Origin: Macrostomum lignano
Lineage: Eukaryota
NCBI GenBank assembly: GCA_002269645.1
Contig: NIVC01000527.1
Coordinates: forward strand, 248,001 to 312,000
Length of the DNA: 64,000 nucleotides
Direction of reading: 5' to 3'
The translations under genes were made by a program, and so were the position numbers. Under the pieces are notes generated by a model. The model had not been told where the DNA came from. It worked only from the letters and a program-made list of their open reading frames with translations, and did not search any database. Each line of letters starts with the position of its first letter. The first letter of the stretch is position 1. Of this stretch, positions 27,418 to 40,267 are shown piece after piece.

Positions 27418-28080
27418 GTCTGTGTTTATATATTCATCAATTAATTTACCCTCTAATTAGTGCTAAATTATCAATTAATGATGTTAATTCGACTCCCAAA
27501 TCGAAATTGTACAGGATGCAAAATTATTAGTAGAACTACAATGACAGCTCAATTAAACTTTTCCTAGGACGGCTTCCTTGCTTATTTTCAGTCCATTTAG
27601 CAGTAGAAAATCTTCTGCAATAGAATTTTCAGAGTTCAAGGGCACGGCAAACACTCAGCTAGAAGTCCCTGGCAACCAAGACAGTGAGAAGGAAGCAGAA
27701 AAAACAGTGAACTGCAATTAGCTGCTGATAAAGAACTGCTCAAGCTGAAATTGGATAAAAAACTGTTCTTCCTGCTGACTTTCATAGTCAGGATGAGACC
27801 AGCGAGTTCAAACACGCTTATAAACTGCGATTTGTTTGGCAACTTCTGTTTTTTTACAGATGAACATTAACTGCTAAGAAAATCACTTTCCCCAATTATC
27901 AGCAGCAACTTTTCCTAGTCAAAGTTGTTTGCTCCAAAGACGCACAGCTGGGAAGCGGAAAGTTTGGTTGCTTTGAATTATTCAGGGTTGGTCAGACAGG
28001 AGCGGAACTTGGCGGAAAAGGCTGATCGATTTCAGAGAGATGACTTCAAGGGACGAAAAGGAAGTTAAGAGGGAGTAGAA

Positions 28081-29180
28081 AAGGGCGGATTCCGACAGGA
28101 GAGAGAATCGAGAAGGGGCGGATCCTGAGAGGAGAGAGAATCGAGACGGGGCGGATCCTGAGAGGAAAGAGAATCGAGACGGGGCGGATTCCGACAGGAG
28201 AGAGAATCGAGAAGGGGCGGATCCTGAGAGGAGAGAGAATCGAGACGGGGCGGATCCTGAGAGGAAAGAGAATCGAGACGGGGCGGATCCTGAGAGGAAA
28301 GAGAATCGAGACGGGGTGGATCCTGAGAGGAAAGAGAATCGAGACGGGGTGGATCCTGAGAGGAGAGAGAATCGAGACGGGGCGGATCCTGAGAGGAGAG
28401 AGAATCGGGAAGGGGCGGATCCTGAGAGGAGAGAGAATCGGGAAGGGGCGGATCCTGAGAGGAAAGAGAATCGAGACGGGGCGGATCCTGAGAGGAAAGA
28501 GAATCGAGACGGGGTGGATCCTGAGAGGAGAGAGAATCGAGACGGGGTGGATCCTGAGAGGAGAGAGAATCGAGACGGGGTGGATCCTGAGAGGAGAGAG
28601 AATCGGGAAGGGGCGGATCATGAGAGGAGAGAGAATCGGGAAGGGGGGATCCTGAGAGGAGAGAGAATCGAGACGGGGCGGATCCTGAGAGGAGAGAGAA
28701 TCGGGAAGGGGCGGATCCTGAGAGGAGAGAGAATCGGGAAGGGCCGGATCCTGAGAGGAGAGAGAATCGGGAAGGGGTGGATCCTGGGAGGAGAGAGAAT
28801 CGGGAAGGGGCGGATCCTGAGAGGAGAGAGAATCGGGAAGGGCCGGATCCTGAGAGGAGAGAGAATCGGGAAGGGGCGGATCCTGAGAGGAGAGAGAATC
28901 GAGACGGGGCGGATCCTGAGAGGAGAGAGAATCGGGAAGGGGCGGATCCTGAGAGGAGAGAGAATCGGGAAGGGGTGGATCCTGAGAGGAGAGAGAATCG
29001 GGAAGGGGCGGATCCTGAGAGGAGAGAGAATCGGGAAGGGGTGGATCCTGAGAGTAGAGAGGATTGGGAAGGGGCGGATCCTGAGGGGAGAGAGAATTGG
29101 GAAGGGGCGGATCCTGAGAGGAGAGAGAATCGGGAAGGGGTGGATCCTGAGAGTAGAGAGGATTATGAAGGGGCGGATCC
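28081..29180. repeat. 33-bp purine-rich minisatellite
   Basis: Unit ggggcggatcctgagaggagagagaatcgagac. Confidence 0.96.
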
Positions 29181-29779
29181 TTTGCCAGACTGTAAAAGTG
29201 TCCTCTATGCTGAAGAGTCTGTTGCAGAGCCCAACGAAAGAAAGCCAATATAAGTCTAACCCGACTACAACTGAGGCAGACAAGTTTACAACCGAAGCAA
29301 TTTCTCAACACTCAGACAGGGTAATTACTGCTGCACAAGGCAACACCGCTGGCAGGGGGTGGCAGTCAATTAGAACTCAGTCAATTATTTACATAGAAGC
29401 CGCATGGTGCAGCACCGCAACTGTACTTTTGTACAGCAAGGAGTACTATTATTTACTTTGGGAAAAGGAGACGGAGCCTTGAGATGTTGCGCTTTCGCTT
29501 GCTGCATGACCGGTAATTTCATTTTCCATCTCCGGCTGGCTAACCATGACTTCAACTGACTGCTAGCTGGGATAAGCATACGAGTATGAGGGCAAACCGT
29601 AAATTCCAGCCGTTTGGGTGGCGCTATAGCGGGGGTTCTCAACTGATGTGGAAGTTAAAAAGGGAGGCGAGCAGAGTTGATGAAGAGGGGCGGATTCTAC
29701 GAAGGGGGGCTTGAAGAGGAGCGGGTTCTAGCAGAAGAGGATATTTGAGAAGGGATGGATATTTAATAAGGGGGAATCA

Positions 29780-30020
29780 GGCAAGGGCGGATCCTGATAG
29801 TGATAAGAGACACTTAAGGGGAGCGGATCCTGAGGAGACACTTAGGGAGGGGCGGATCCTGAGAGGAGGCACTTAGGGAGGGGCGGATCCTGAGAGGAGG
29901 CACTTAGGGAGGGGCGGATCCTGAGAGGAGGCACTTAGGGAGGGGCGGATCCTAAGAGGAGGCACTTAGGGAGGGGTGGATCCTAAGAGGAGACACTTAT
30001 AGGCAGGAGTGGATCTTGAG
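29780..30020. repeat. 31-bp minisatellite related to 28081-29180
   Basis: Unit ggcacttagggaggggcggatcctgagagga shares the core ggggcggatcctgagagga. Confidence 0.85.
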
Positions 30021-30559
30021 AGTTAAGGAGTGGACCTTAGTTTGAATTACAACCTAGAATTGGCAATGTTATATATTAAGAAGACCTTTGTCGGTCTTTC
30101 AGTCCGCTAGCATCGGAACCAATTAAACGTTGAAGATGCAGCTTGGAAACGGCAGCTGTGGATTCTTGGGGATGAGTTTTAGTATGTAGGATTGAATTAG
30201 CCAAGTTAGAATGAAGCCGCTATCCAGCGATGCGTGACGAATCGGCCTCCGCCAACTGCAGAGCTGCAGTGGAGATAGACGAAAGTGTGTTGTGGAGATC
30301 AAGTGCAAGGCTGTTTGTCAACTGCATGAAATGCAGACTTAACTTGTGTCTTGCTAAAAAGTGCTCAGGTGCTTTAAAAAGAACAATTCCCTTAGTGTAG
30401 AAGTTCTCCTGTCCTCTCTACACTTTGATTTAATAATGAAACGAAAGAAAAGTCAAGAATGCGAACATAAATTAGCTGAGTCACGCCGGACAGTGTACGT
30501 TATATGTTGCTTTGGAACATTTTACATTCTGCATTTTATTACTTTTTTAATTACACCTG

Positions 30560-30800
30560 ACCAGATGTGCAACGGACAGCTCAGCCGCAGCTATTGCGCG
30601 GCGCATCTGAAGGCTGCGTACGGCGGCTCAGTCTATAAGGATACCCTCAATTTCTGTAACCCCTTTAGCTGGGTGAACTGAAGCGATGCTGCGTTTTGTG
30701 CCTTGCTCAAGGACACAACAATTGTTCCAGAGTGGGTCGAGCGTCGAACCCCCGACATTTTAATTTCAGTTGTGAATCCAATGCTCTCTAACCATTAGAC
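30560..30800 (-). mobile_element. tRNA-derived SINE, family A
   Basis: Reverse complement of the 21672-21960 head, centre and tail (ccagatgtgcaac.gacagctcagccgcagctattgcgcggcgcatctgaaggctg). Confidence 0.88.
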
Positions 30801-32696
30801 TACAATCAACTAGCTGCTACAAACTGTAGCTCGCATGCATGATGCCGAATCCAGAAGCTGGGTTTTATTGCATTTGATGTGCAAGAATTGTCAATACAAA
30901 AGTCGAATATAGCGCAGTCACGAATGAACCTTTTAGATTTATTCAGGTAGTCGCCTGAACGTTAAAACTCAAAGTTCTCTTATACAGAATTTCTAGACGC
31001 TGGGTTATGTCAGCTATTTTTTCTTACATTTATACCCAGCGACGATTGAAAAAACAGTGAAAGACAAACAACCTACTTCACTTTATCTAGGATACATTTA
31101 AAAATAATATTTAACCTAATTGAGATAAGGTACTACAAATGCAAGACTTTTAAATTGGTAGCTATTCTATATTTTTCAAGCGTTACTTTTTGTTTGTCTA
31201 CTGTCATGCGGAAATTAAGAATTATTTGAATTGCACTGTCCAATATAAAATGCCCAGCTTCAAATTTCGCCCAAGGGTGCTAGCAAGTTGCTATAGCTTA
31301 AGACAAATTTCTCACAACGCCGAAAATCCTTGAAAAGTCCTCAAGACCAAAATATCAGATCCTTGAGAAGGGCATTGCAAAGATTTTCGGCGTTGCATCA
31401 TATGAGGGATGCTTCAGTCTTTTATAATCTAGACTAGACTATCTCATGATGAAGATGCATTTTAATAAAATTTTTTTAGAAATTTACCTACAGATACTAT
31501 ACGGTTATGATATAGTGTTATTTGATTTTACAAAATTAATTTATGTAATTAACAGGATCCTTATGCTTGATTTATAATTGATTTATAATTGTTTTAAATC
31601 AATATTTTAGACAATTCAGGGAAAGGTAGTTAGGTTTAGGTAGAAGTAAAATGTTTTGAATTTTATGGAATATCTACTTTCTTTTGAAAACAAAATAGCT
31701 CACTTAGTCTTATAGCAACCCAATATGTAACAAGTATAATTTAAAATAAATCTTTACTTCTAATCTATTTTTTTGCAAAAAATATCAATATACAACTTAT
31801 ATATTAGCCTGGCATGATAAAATAGGCTAGGTTTTCTGGTTAAGAAGAAATGGAAATTATTATTATTAAGCATAGGCCCTATAAATGATTTAAATATATT
31901 GATTTAAAATGATTTAAAACTAAAAGCATTTTATTCATCTGTAAGGCTAAGGATGCCTAGGCTTTATAATAAATCAGTGACATTATGCTTATATTCAATT
32001 TATATTACCATACATAAGGACCTTGTATGATAGCCATTGTCAAACTGCAATCCTTTATTTCTATATTTTAATTTCTATAATTAAGGTCCATTTTTATATA
32101 TATTAATAAAGAAAAATGACATGATTAAAATATTTTATAAAAAAAATAATTAATCATATTTTCATGATTTTGACTTCCTTTTTTTATTTTATTAGAAACT
32201 ATAAAATACTACCATAAGCTTTATAGAACAGTTTTGCTTAATGAGAAAATTAGTTGTTTTAGTAAATTCTAGTTTGATTAAAATAGTATTATTAGAATAG
32301 TTGCCATATATATACACAACTGCTACCCAACACAACCAATCTGGCTAGCATAAATTGTGGCTGACCAAGGGGTATGTTGCAAAATTGACAACTTTTTGAT
32401 GATTTTATAGGGCAAAATTTGATGATTTTCCACTTTGCTTTTCAGTTAGTTGCAAGGCCAGTGCAACTCCAGAGGTTGTATATACATGTATTCTTATATC
32501 TAAAGCTGAGTGGACCAATTGACTGGCCAGGTTTAATGCATATCTCCTAGTATATATATTTATTGTCATATTGCCATATTGCCATAGTATATATAAATGT
32601 ATATAGAAGTATAACACAGATATATCTGTTAGTCAAATCACGCATGGTTTATCTATGATCCAATGCTTATACAGGTACTCAATCTCAATTGCAGCC

Positions 32697-33134
32697 ATGC
32701 CGAGCTCGCCGCACACCCAGACAGTGCAGCTGCAGTTGGAGAAAGTGCCCGAGCGGGACAGCCACGGCCAGCGGGTCATGGTGAAGGACCCGGCCGGCGG
32801 CCTGGCGCCCAAGCTGCTCACTGGATTCCGCTTCGCTGGCGGCATCGACCAGGACCGGCAGTACTGCCCCTACGGCTACCCAGACTGTGGCATCTATGTC
32901 ACCCACGTGTACAGCGGCAGTCCGGCGGACAAGGCCGGCCTGCGGGTGCACGACAAGATCCTGCAGGTGAATGGCAACAATCTGGCCTTCTTGGGCCACG
33001 CCCAGGTTGCTGCGCTACTCAACCGGGAGACCCAGCTGAGCCTGTTGGTGCACCGCGGCTTCCAGAGATTCACCACGCAGTTGAGCGACTCGCTGGGTTC
33101 GGAGGCCAGGGTCTCCGCCTCGGTGCTGCTTTGA
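32697..33134 (+). CDS. TAX1BP3: single-PDZ protein, TAX1BP3/TIP-1-like, intronless CDS
   Basis: GFRFAGGIDQD...GIYVTHVYSGSPADKAGLRVHDKILQVNG parallels TIP-1 GFSIGGGIDQD...GIYVTRV...GLQIGDKIMQVNG. AG acceptor ttgcag|cc just before ATG 32697. Confidence 0.88.
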   Translation: MPSSPHTQTVQLQLEKVPERDSHGQRVMVKDPAGGLAPKLLTGFRFAGGIDQDRQYCPYGYPDCGIYVTHVYSGSPADKAGLRVHDKILQVNGNNLAFLGHAQVAALLNRETQLSLLVHRGFQRFTTQLSDSLGSEARVSASVLL

Positions 33135-33265
33135 GTTGAGAAGTGTAGACTTTTTAGAAACTCAAATCTTGTTCACTTACCTATGCTCATTAGGGAATTT
33201 AGTATGCCGGAGATTAAAGGGTTGCAAGCCCTGAGTGGGTTGGAGCATTCTACCAAGTTAAGCAG

Positions 33266-33510
33266 AGTTGGCTGCGGTTAGGCTGCTAGCTTCTGAATCT
33301 CGTGACGCGACCCCTGGTTCGATTCCCGTGCGCAAACACATTCATTTGGGGCTGGTGTGCACAACCAGGCAGGCAGGGGGGGGGGTTGTCGTTCGATTCA
33401 CAGCCATGAGGGCCAGCCCCCAAGGCACAGAGAGTGTACATGCCTAATGATTAGAAAGCCAGAGCCGCTGTACACCCTGTGTGAGCGTGTGTGTGAGTGC
33501 TCAGGAGTCA
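33266..33510 (+). mobile_element. tRNA-headed SINE, family B
   Basis: Box A-like tggctgcggttagg, box B ggttcgattccc; 3' half shared with 19444-19582; ends in a (TG)-rich tail. Confidence 0.7.
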
Positions 33511-34165
33511 GCGGAATGGACAGAACTGCCGTCAGCGCTGCTTGTGGGACGATGTCCTCAGTCCTGCAAATATTGATCTTCATCCTTCAAGGCAGCTGGG
33601 CTTCAGTACACTCTGCTATTTCAAATGCAAATCCAAATGTTTGCATATTCCATATTTAATCCGCGCTTGTGTAAATGTTACTATTCGAATGCTACTAGAA
33701 GCAAAAATAGTTTTAAGCTTGCTTGCCAGTCTCTCAAGTTCGGATATGCGCCAGTCTGGACACTAAATGGTTTCTGTAGCATAGGTTATTTCATTGATAC
33801 AAGACTTTACTATGCTACTTAAAGTAATACATACGAGATAGCACTCTCCGCTCTCCACATGGTTTCTATGAAAAAAATGATTTGCTTTTTTATTAATCGT
33901 TTTTATTCCATTGGCTGTGCCGCTTATACTTCAAAACTGCAGCATAAATGTAACTAACAAAATGATTATAATTATTAGGATAATAAATGCTTGTGATGTT
34001 TATTGTAGCAGGCCGTAATCTTAAAAAGTAATTTTTTGTCCATTTTGTCTATCATATATAATAAATAAATATTTACACGATATAATAAATCGTATAAATT
34101 CTTAGTTGTTTTTTTTCAAATTTGAAATTGAATTTAGCCCAACTAAACTGACTTTCTGTGATTTT

Positions 34166-34221
34166 GTTTAACGGTGTGAGTAACTATTACTTGTTTTTTA
34201 TGCCACAACGCCTCGTCATCT
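34166..34221 (+). other. decayed 28S rRNA fragment (helix 69-71 region), copy 1
   Basis: aacggtgtgagtaactattact...gcctcgtcatct, with the same 32-nt GAGTAACTAT-to-GCCTCG spacing as 28S. Confidence 0.6.
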
Positions 34222-34564
34222 GAAAAGCATTAAGGTGGTAATTGGTTATGTACCCATCATATTTGATAATTAAAAGAAAAGAGCAGTGTCAAACGCTCTG
34301 AAATTTGTTTTATTGAATTTGTTGAGTTCAAATGCCATGAATGAGTCATGAAAATGCATTTTTTGTATTATTACTCAGATAGCAGTAAACAGAACAGGAA
34401 ACAAACAACCAACGTGCAAAATTCTGTGATGAGTCACTTGACTCTAAACTTCTAAAATAGCTCGTAGGAGCGAAGTGCGCAATCCCGATCTCTAGTTATT
34501 TCGGAAATGGAATTCTTGATTTTACCGAGATCGCCAATTTTTTATTTCAATGGAGATGGGTACC

Positions 34565-35060
34565 ATTTGATTTCTAGGAAAAGACAACGCTTTGATTGCT
34601 AGGAAATGGCTAGTCTTTGATTTCTAAGAAATGACTGCCCTTTGATTTCTAGGAAATGACTGCCCTTTGATTTCTAGGAAATGTCTACCCCTTGATTTCT
34701 AGGAAATGTCTACCCCTTGATTTCTAGGAAATTTCTACCCCTTGATTTCTAGGAAATGACTACCCTTTGATTTCTAGGAAATGTCTACCCCTTGATTTCT
34801 AGGAAATGACTACCCCTTGATTTCTAGGAAATTTCTACCCCTTGATTTCTAGGAAATGACTACCCTTTGATTTCTAGGAAATGTCTACCCCTTGATTTCT
34901 AGGAAATGACTCCCTTGATTTCTAGGAAATGACTTGCCCTTTGATTTCTAGGAAATGACTGCCCTTTGATTCTTGGAAATCACTACCCTTTGATTCTTGG
35001 AAATCACTACCCTTTGATTCTTGGAAATCACTACCCTTTGATTCTTGGAAATTACTACCC
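34565..35060. repeat. 25-bp minisatellite directly after the RECQL stop codon
   Basis: Unit ttgatttctaggaaatgactacccc. Confidence 0.94.
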
Positions 35061-35064
35061 AAGT

Positions 35065-35493
35065 TTATTTTCGGTAAAAAGGTTTCCCACGATCTGGCGA
35101 AGACGAATAGACAAAATCATCATCATCATGATCAGGATCGCGCTGATCATCGTTGTCATCAGCATCAGCCGTCAGATCAATAGACTCGATAGCTGCCTGT
35201 CTTTGTCGGCGCTTCTTCGCTGCGGGCTGCCCGTTGGATGCCTCACTGGATGCAGCGCCGTCGCCGTCCCTGGCCGGCAGCGGACAGATCAGGTCGCCCC
35301 GGCCGAGCCGCCGAGCCCCCCAGGCTAGGTAGGGCACCGTGGCGAACGGAGTAAAATGAAAGTCCTCGGTCAGGTAGCCGCGAAGCAGCAGTTCGGCCAG
35401 GCCGGCCTCCACTGCCTGGCGGAGCGGCGCGCCGGGCGGCAGGGCGGAGCGGGTGCGGGCGCCCAGACGGCCGGAGGACAGCGAATCGGCAAC
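35065..35493 (-). CDS. RECQL: RECQL last exon (winged helix, acidic tail)
   Basis: AELLLRGYLTEDFHFTPFATVPYL resembles RECQ1 YLKEDYSFTAYATISYL; gccag| acceptor; TAA at 35065-35067. Confidence 0.9.
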   Translation of the reverse strand, partial: VADSLSSGRLGARTRSALPPGAPLRQAVEAGLAELLLRGYLTEDFHFTPFATVPYLAWGARRLGRGDLICPLPARDGDGAASSEASNGQPAAKKRRQRQAAIESIDLTADADDNDDQRDPDHDDDDFVYSSSPDRGKPFYRK

Positions 35494-35973
35494 CTGGCAG
35501 TGCGGGGGCGGTGTTGAACACATAGCGGCAATTGCAATCAGCATTCTCTGTTCTAATTAAGAGTGGAACTACCGTTATAATTTCTAGGCTTATTCACACG
35601 GCTTGTACATCCTTATTTGGTCTATCAGGACGACACTTGAGGGGGCGCTCGAACAGAAGTTGAACTGGGTGCCAAGGTGAAGCATTAAAGCATAGTCGGT
35701 AACCTTTTAAAGAGGCCGTCAAGGAGATCAACCCTGAGACGTGAGTCTTTTGAGCCTAAAGCTGCCAGCCACGTACATTCTCAGCGGCGCTGGATAAATG
35801 TACATTAACGGCTGCACTGTTTTACTATGCCTTAAGTGGCCCATTTAGTTATTTCAGTACGAGTACCTGTGGATCGTGAGTGAAAATCAATCGGAGCTCC
35901 AATAATTCACTCTGCTACGATAGGGTAGCAGCTCTATACCACTTGTACATACTTTCATACTGAGCGAACCAAC

Positions 35974-36408
35974 CTTCATCGCAGTCAGCCGTTTATTGCC
36001 CCCAGCCTCGGCCAGCAGGTCGGCCATCAGCTGGGCCAGCTGGGCCAGATCCCACGGCTGGGCGGGCGGTGCCGGGCCGCGGCACCAGTCGCACATGGCC
36101 TGACAGGCGACTGGCTCAACAACCGGCTGCATCGATTCGCTTGACGGCGCCTCCGCCTCAGCCTCCAGGTGCCTGGCCAGCAGGCGCCGACGGCAGTCCC
36201 TGGCCGTGCAGTAGCGCAGCATCTCGTACAGCTTAGCCAGGCCGGTCCGCTCGGCGAACACGATCGGACTGAGGCGGAACACGTCCGCCAGCCGATAGAA
36301 CAGCAGGCACTGGGCTGGCTGACCGTCCCGGCCGGCCCGCCCAGACTCCTGATAGTAGGTTTCCGGGCTCTTGCTCAGCGTGTGGTGAATCACAAACCGA
36401 ACGTCTGG
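35974..36408 (-). CDS. RECQL: RECQL exon (helicase motif VI, Zn-binding RQC)
   Basis: [29 protein letters not shown]...CRR...CQAMCDWC; aacag| and |gttggt. Confidence 0.95.
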
Positions 36409-36519
36409 CTGTTCCAACGGGTGGGGGCGGAAGATGGAAGGGTTGCTTGACTGGCTGACGCAATATGATTGAAAGGCTCTGGGATTTCACAGGCATACAT
36501 TTAAGATCTAGACGGTAGA

Positions 36520-36746
36520 CAGAAAGACAACCGGACACTAAGGCAGACAGACAGACAGACAGAAAGCCAGACAGACAGACAGACAGACAGACAGACAGCC
36601 AGAAAGACAGACAGACAGATAGTCAGATAAACAGACAGACAGACTGACAGAAAGACAACCGGACACTAAGGCGGACAGACAGACAGGCAGTCAGACAGAC
36701 AGAGACAGGCAGACAGACAGACAGACAGACACTAAGACAGACAGAA

Positions 36747-36781
<35 letters not shown>

Positions 36782-36798
36782 AAGACAGACAGACAGTC

Positions 36799-36847
<49 letters not shown>

Positions 36848-36962
36848 GCCAGAAAGACAGACAGACAGACAGACAGGCAGACAGACAGAGACAGGGAGAC
36901 AGACAGACAGAGAGACAGACAGACAGACAGACAGGCAGGCAGGCAGACAGACAGAGACAGGG

Positions 36963-37011
<49 letters not shown>
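36520..37011. repeat. (CAGA)n microsatellite (intronic)
   Basis: Degenerate caga run. Confidence 0.95.
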
Positions 37012-37015
<4 letters not shown>

Positions 37016-37018
37016 TAC

Positions 37019-37255
37019 CTTATCGATGCCCATCCCAAAAGCCACGGTGGCCACCACCACGCGAACCCGGCCAGCCACCCAGTCGGTGTGGGCGGCTGCG
37101 CGCAGCCGGGAGTCCAGGCTGGCGTGGTAGCAGGCGGCGGGCAGGCGGGCGCGCTGCCGCAGGTGGTCGGTGAGCTGCTCGGCCTCGCGCTGTGTGCAGC
37201 AGTACACAATGCCCGACTGGCCTGCGAACTCGCCGCGAATCAGTTCGGCAACTGC
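37019..37255 (-). CDS. RECQL: RECQL exon (helicase motifs IV-V)
   Basis: GQSGIVYCCTQREAEQL...YHASL...VVVATVAFGMGIDK; ctgcag| and |gtaaga. Confidence 0.95.
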
Positions 37256-37277
37256 CTGCAGCGGCGTGCGGGGACTG

Positions 37278-38358
37278 GCTGGATTAGCTACTGAGATGGC
37301 TGGATTAACTAATAAAATGGCCAGATTAGCTACTGAGACGGACGGATTAGCTATTTAGATGACCAGATTAGCTACTGAGACGGCCGGATTAGCTATTTAG
37401 ATGACCGGATTAGCTACTAAGACGGCCGGATTAGCTATTTAGATGACCGGATTAGCTACTGAGACGGCCGGATTAGCTATTTAGATGACCGGATTAGCTA
37501 CTGAGATGGCCGGATTAGCTACTAAGACGGCCGGATTAGCTATTTAGATGACCGGATTAGCTACTGAGACGGCCGGATTAGCTACTGAGATGGCTGGTTA
37601 GCTATTTAGATGACCGGATTAGCTACTAAGACGGCCGGATTAGCTATTTAGATGGCCAGATTAGCTACTGAGACGGACGGATTAGCTACTGAGATGGCTG
37701 GTTAGCTATTTAGATGACCGGATTAGCTACTGAGACGGCCGGATTAGCTATTTAGATGACCGGATTAGCTACTGAGATGGCCGGATTAGCTACTAAGACG
37801 GCCGGATTAGCTATTTAGATGACCGGATTAGCTACTGAGACGGCCGGATTAGCTACTGAGATGGCTGGTTAGCTATTTAGATGACCGGATTAGCTACTGA
37901 GACGGCCGGATTAGCTACTGAGACGGGCGGATTAGCTACTGAGATGGCTGGTTAGCTATTTAGATGACCGGATTAGCTACTGAGACGGCCGGATTAGCTA
38001 CTGAGATGGCCGGATTAGCTACTGAGATGGCTGGTTAGCTATTTAGATGACCGGATTAGCTACTGAGATGGCCGGATTAGCTACTGAGATGGCCGGATCA
38101 GCTATTTAGATGACCGGATTAGCTACTGAGACGGCCGGATTAGCTACTGAGATGGCCGGATTAGCTACTGCGATGGCCGGATTAGCTACTGAGATGACCG
38201 GATTAGCTACTGAGACGGCCAGATTAGCTACTGAGATGACCGGATTAGCTACTGAGACGGCCAGATTAGCTACTGAGATGACCGGATTAGCTACTGAGAT
38301 GACCGGATTAGCTACTGAGATGACCGGATTAGCTACTGAGATGACCGGATTAGCTACT
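37278..38358. repeat. 21-bp minisatellite (intronic)
   Basis: Unit ggattagctactgagatggcc. Confidence 0.96.
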
Positions 38359-38401
38359 GGGGTGCCCGCATTAGCCACTGGGATAAAAGGCAAATACCCA
38401 C

Positions 38402-38794
38402 CTGCATAGAGTCAGCAGGCTTGGGCAGCACTCTGTAGAGCAGGTTGGGACGGTCGAAGCCGCCCCTGAGCAGCAGGCAGTCGCTGCTCAAGCCGAGCAT
38501 GTCGCGGACATCGGCCAGCACCCTGTCAGAGGCGGTGGCGGTCAAGCCGATGGTCGGCACGCCGGGAAACTGGCGCCTCAGCACGCCGAGAAATTTGTAA
38601 TCCGGCCGGAAGTCGTGACCCCACTGGCTGCAGCAGTGCACCTCGTCCATAGCCACTCGGGACAGCTGGCCGGCCGAGTGCAGCTTCTCAAGGCCGGCCA
38701 TCAGGCGGCGGCTTTTGGCCAGCCGCTCTGGGGTGGCGTACAGAAGCTTCAACCGGCCGGCAGCCGCCTCATCCAGGGCGCGCTTCGTGTCTGA
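38402..38794 (-). CDS. RECQL: RECQL exon (DEVH box)
   Basis: LLYATPERL...DEVHCCSQWGHDFRPDY...LTATA...FDRPNL; ccttag| in phase 0 and |gtgggt. Confidence 0.95.
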
Positions 38795-38861
38795 CTAAGG
38801 AGATGGAATGGGGGAACAGGTGGGTACGCTGAGATGGGAGATGGGAACAGGGATCAAAGGG

Positions 38862-39745
38862 GATAATCAGATGGGATCAGGGATCACAGGATATAGTCAG
38901 ATGGGATCAGGAATCACAGGGGATCATCAGATGGGATCAGGGATCACAGGATATAGTCAGATGGGATCAGGGATCACAGGATATAGTCAGATGGGATCTG
39001 GAATCACAGGGGATCATCAGATGGGATCAGGGATCACAGGGGATCATCAGATGGGATCAGGAATCACAGGGGATCATCAGATGGGATCAGGAATCACAGG
39101 GGATCATCAGATGGGATCAGGAATCACAGGGGATCATCAGATGGGATCAGGGATCACAGGGGATCATCAGATGGGATCAGGGATCACAGGGGATCATCAG
39201 ATGGGATCTGGAATCACAGGGGATCATCAGATGGGATCAGGGATCACAGGGGATCATCAGATGGGATCTGGAATCACAGGGGATCATCAGATGGGATCAG
39301 GGATCACAGGGGATCATCAGTTGGGATCTGGAATAACAGGGAACAATCAGATGGGATCTGGAATCACAAGGGATAATCAGGTGGGATCAGGGATCACAGG
39401 GGACAAATCAGATGGGATCAGGGATCACAGGGGATCATCAGATGGGATCAGGGATCGCAGGTAATAATCAGATGGGATCTGGGATCAACAGGGGATAATC
39501 AGATGGGATCTGGGATCACAGGGGATAATCAGATGGGATCTGGGATCACAGGGGACAAATCAGATGGGATCAGGGATCACAGGGGATCATCAGATGGGAT
39601 CAGGGATCGCAGGTAATAATCAGATGGGATCTGGGATCAACAGGGGATAATCAGATTGGATCTGGGATCACAGGGGATAATCAGATGGGATCTGGGATCA
39701 ACAGGGGATAATCAGATGGGATCTGGGATCACAGGGGATCATCAT
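38862..39745. repeat. 30-bp minisatellite (intronic)
   Basis: Unit cagatgggatcagggatcacaggggatcat. Confidence 0.96.
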
Positions 39746-39751
39746 TCTGAC

Positions 39752-40267
39752 CTGAGCGCAGCCAGCGCTGAGCTGTACAGCAGGCACGCCGATCCGGTCC
39801 AGCGCCATGACCTGGTCCTCCATCAGCGACACCAGCGGGGACACGCACAGAGTCAGCCCCCTGCTGAGCAGAGCCGGCAGCTGATAGCAGAGACTCTTGC
39901 CAGCTCCCGTGGGCATCACCAGCAGGCAGTCCCGGCCGGACATGGTGGCGTTGACCGCCCGCAGCTGCAGTGGCCGGAACTCGGACAGGCCGAACTGGTC
40001 GCGCAGCAGCTGGCCGGCCTCGGCCGACCAGGCGAAGACGTCGGCGCTGTCGAACTCGTCCGGCCGAGGCGCCGGCGCCGCGTTGGCGCCAGCGGCTGCT
40101 TCGGCCCTGTCGCGGCGTCGCAGAATAGCGGCTCGCCTGTCGCTAATGCGAGCTTTCAATTCCTTCAGTCGGCGAATGTCGGCGCTGAGACGGGCGAGCT
40201 CGGCGTCCAGCTGCTCGAGCTCGGTTGCCTCGTCCGGGACGGCCTGATGCGGCTGCGGCTGCTGGGC
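39752..40267 (-). CDS. RECQL: RECQL first visible coding exon (N-terminal coiled coil, Q motif, Walker A); no ATG
   Basis: AQQPQPHQ...[12 protein letters not shown]...[10 protein letters not shown]...[16 protein letters not shown]; ctattccag| acceptor and |gtcaga. Confidence 0.9.

Noticed and set aside
29206-29319. Exon-like ATG...AGG|gtaatt segment (MLKSLLQSPTKESQ...)
   Set aside because: No recognisable homology and no partner exon found.
30200-30350. Possible decayed YqaJ/lambda-exonuclease fragment (…SASANC…CVVEIKC)
   Set aside because: It needs a frameshift and crosses a stop codon; the match is too short to support.
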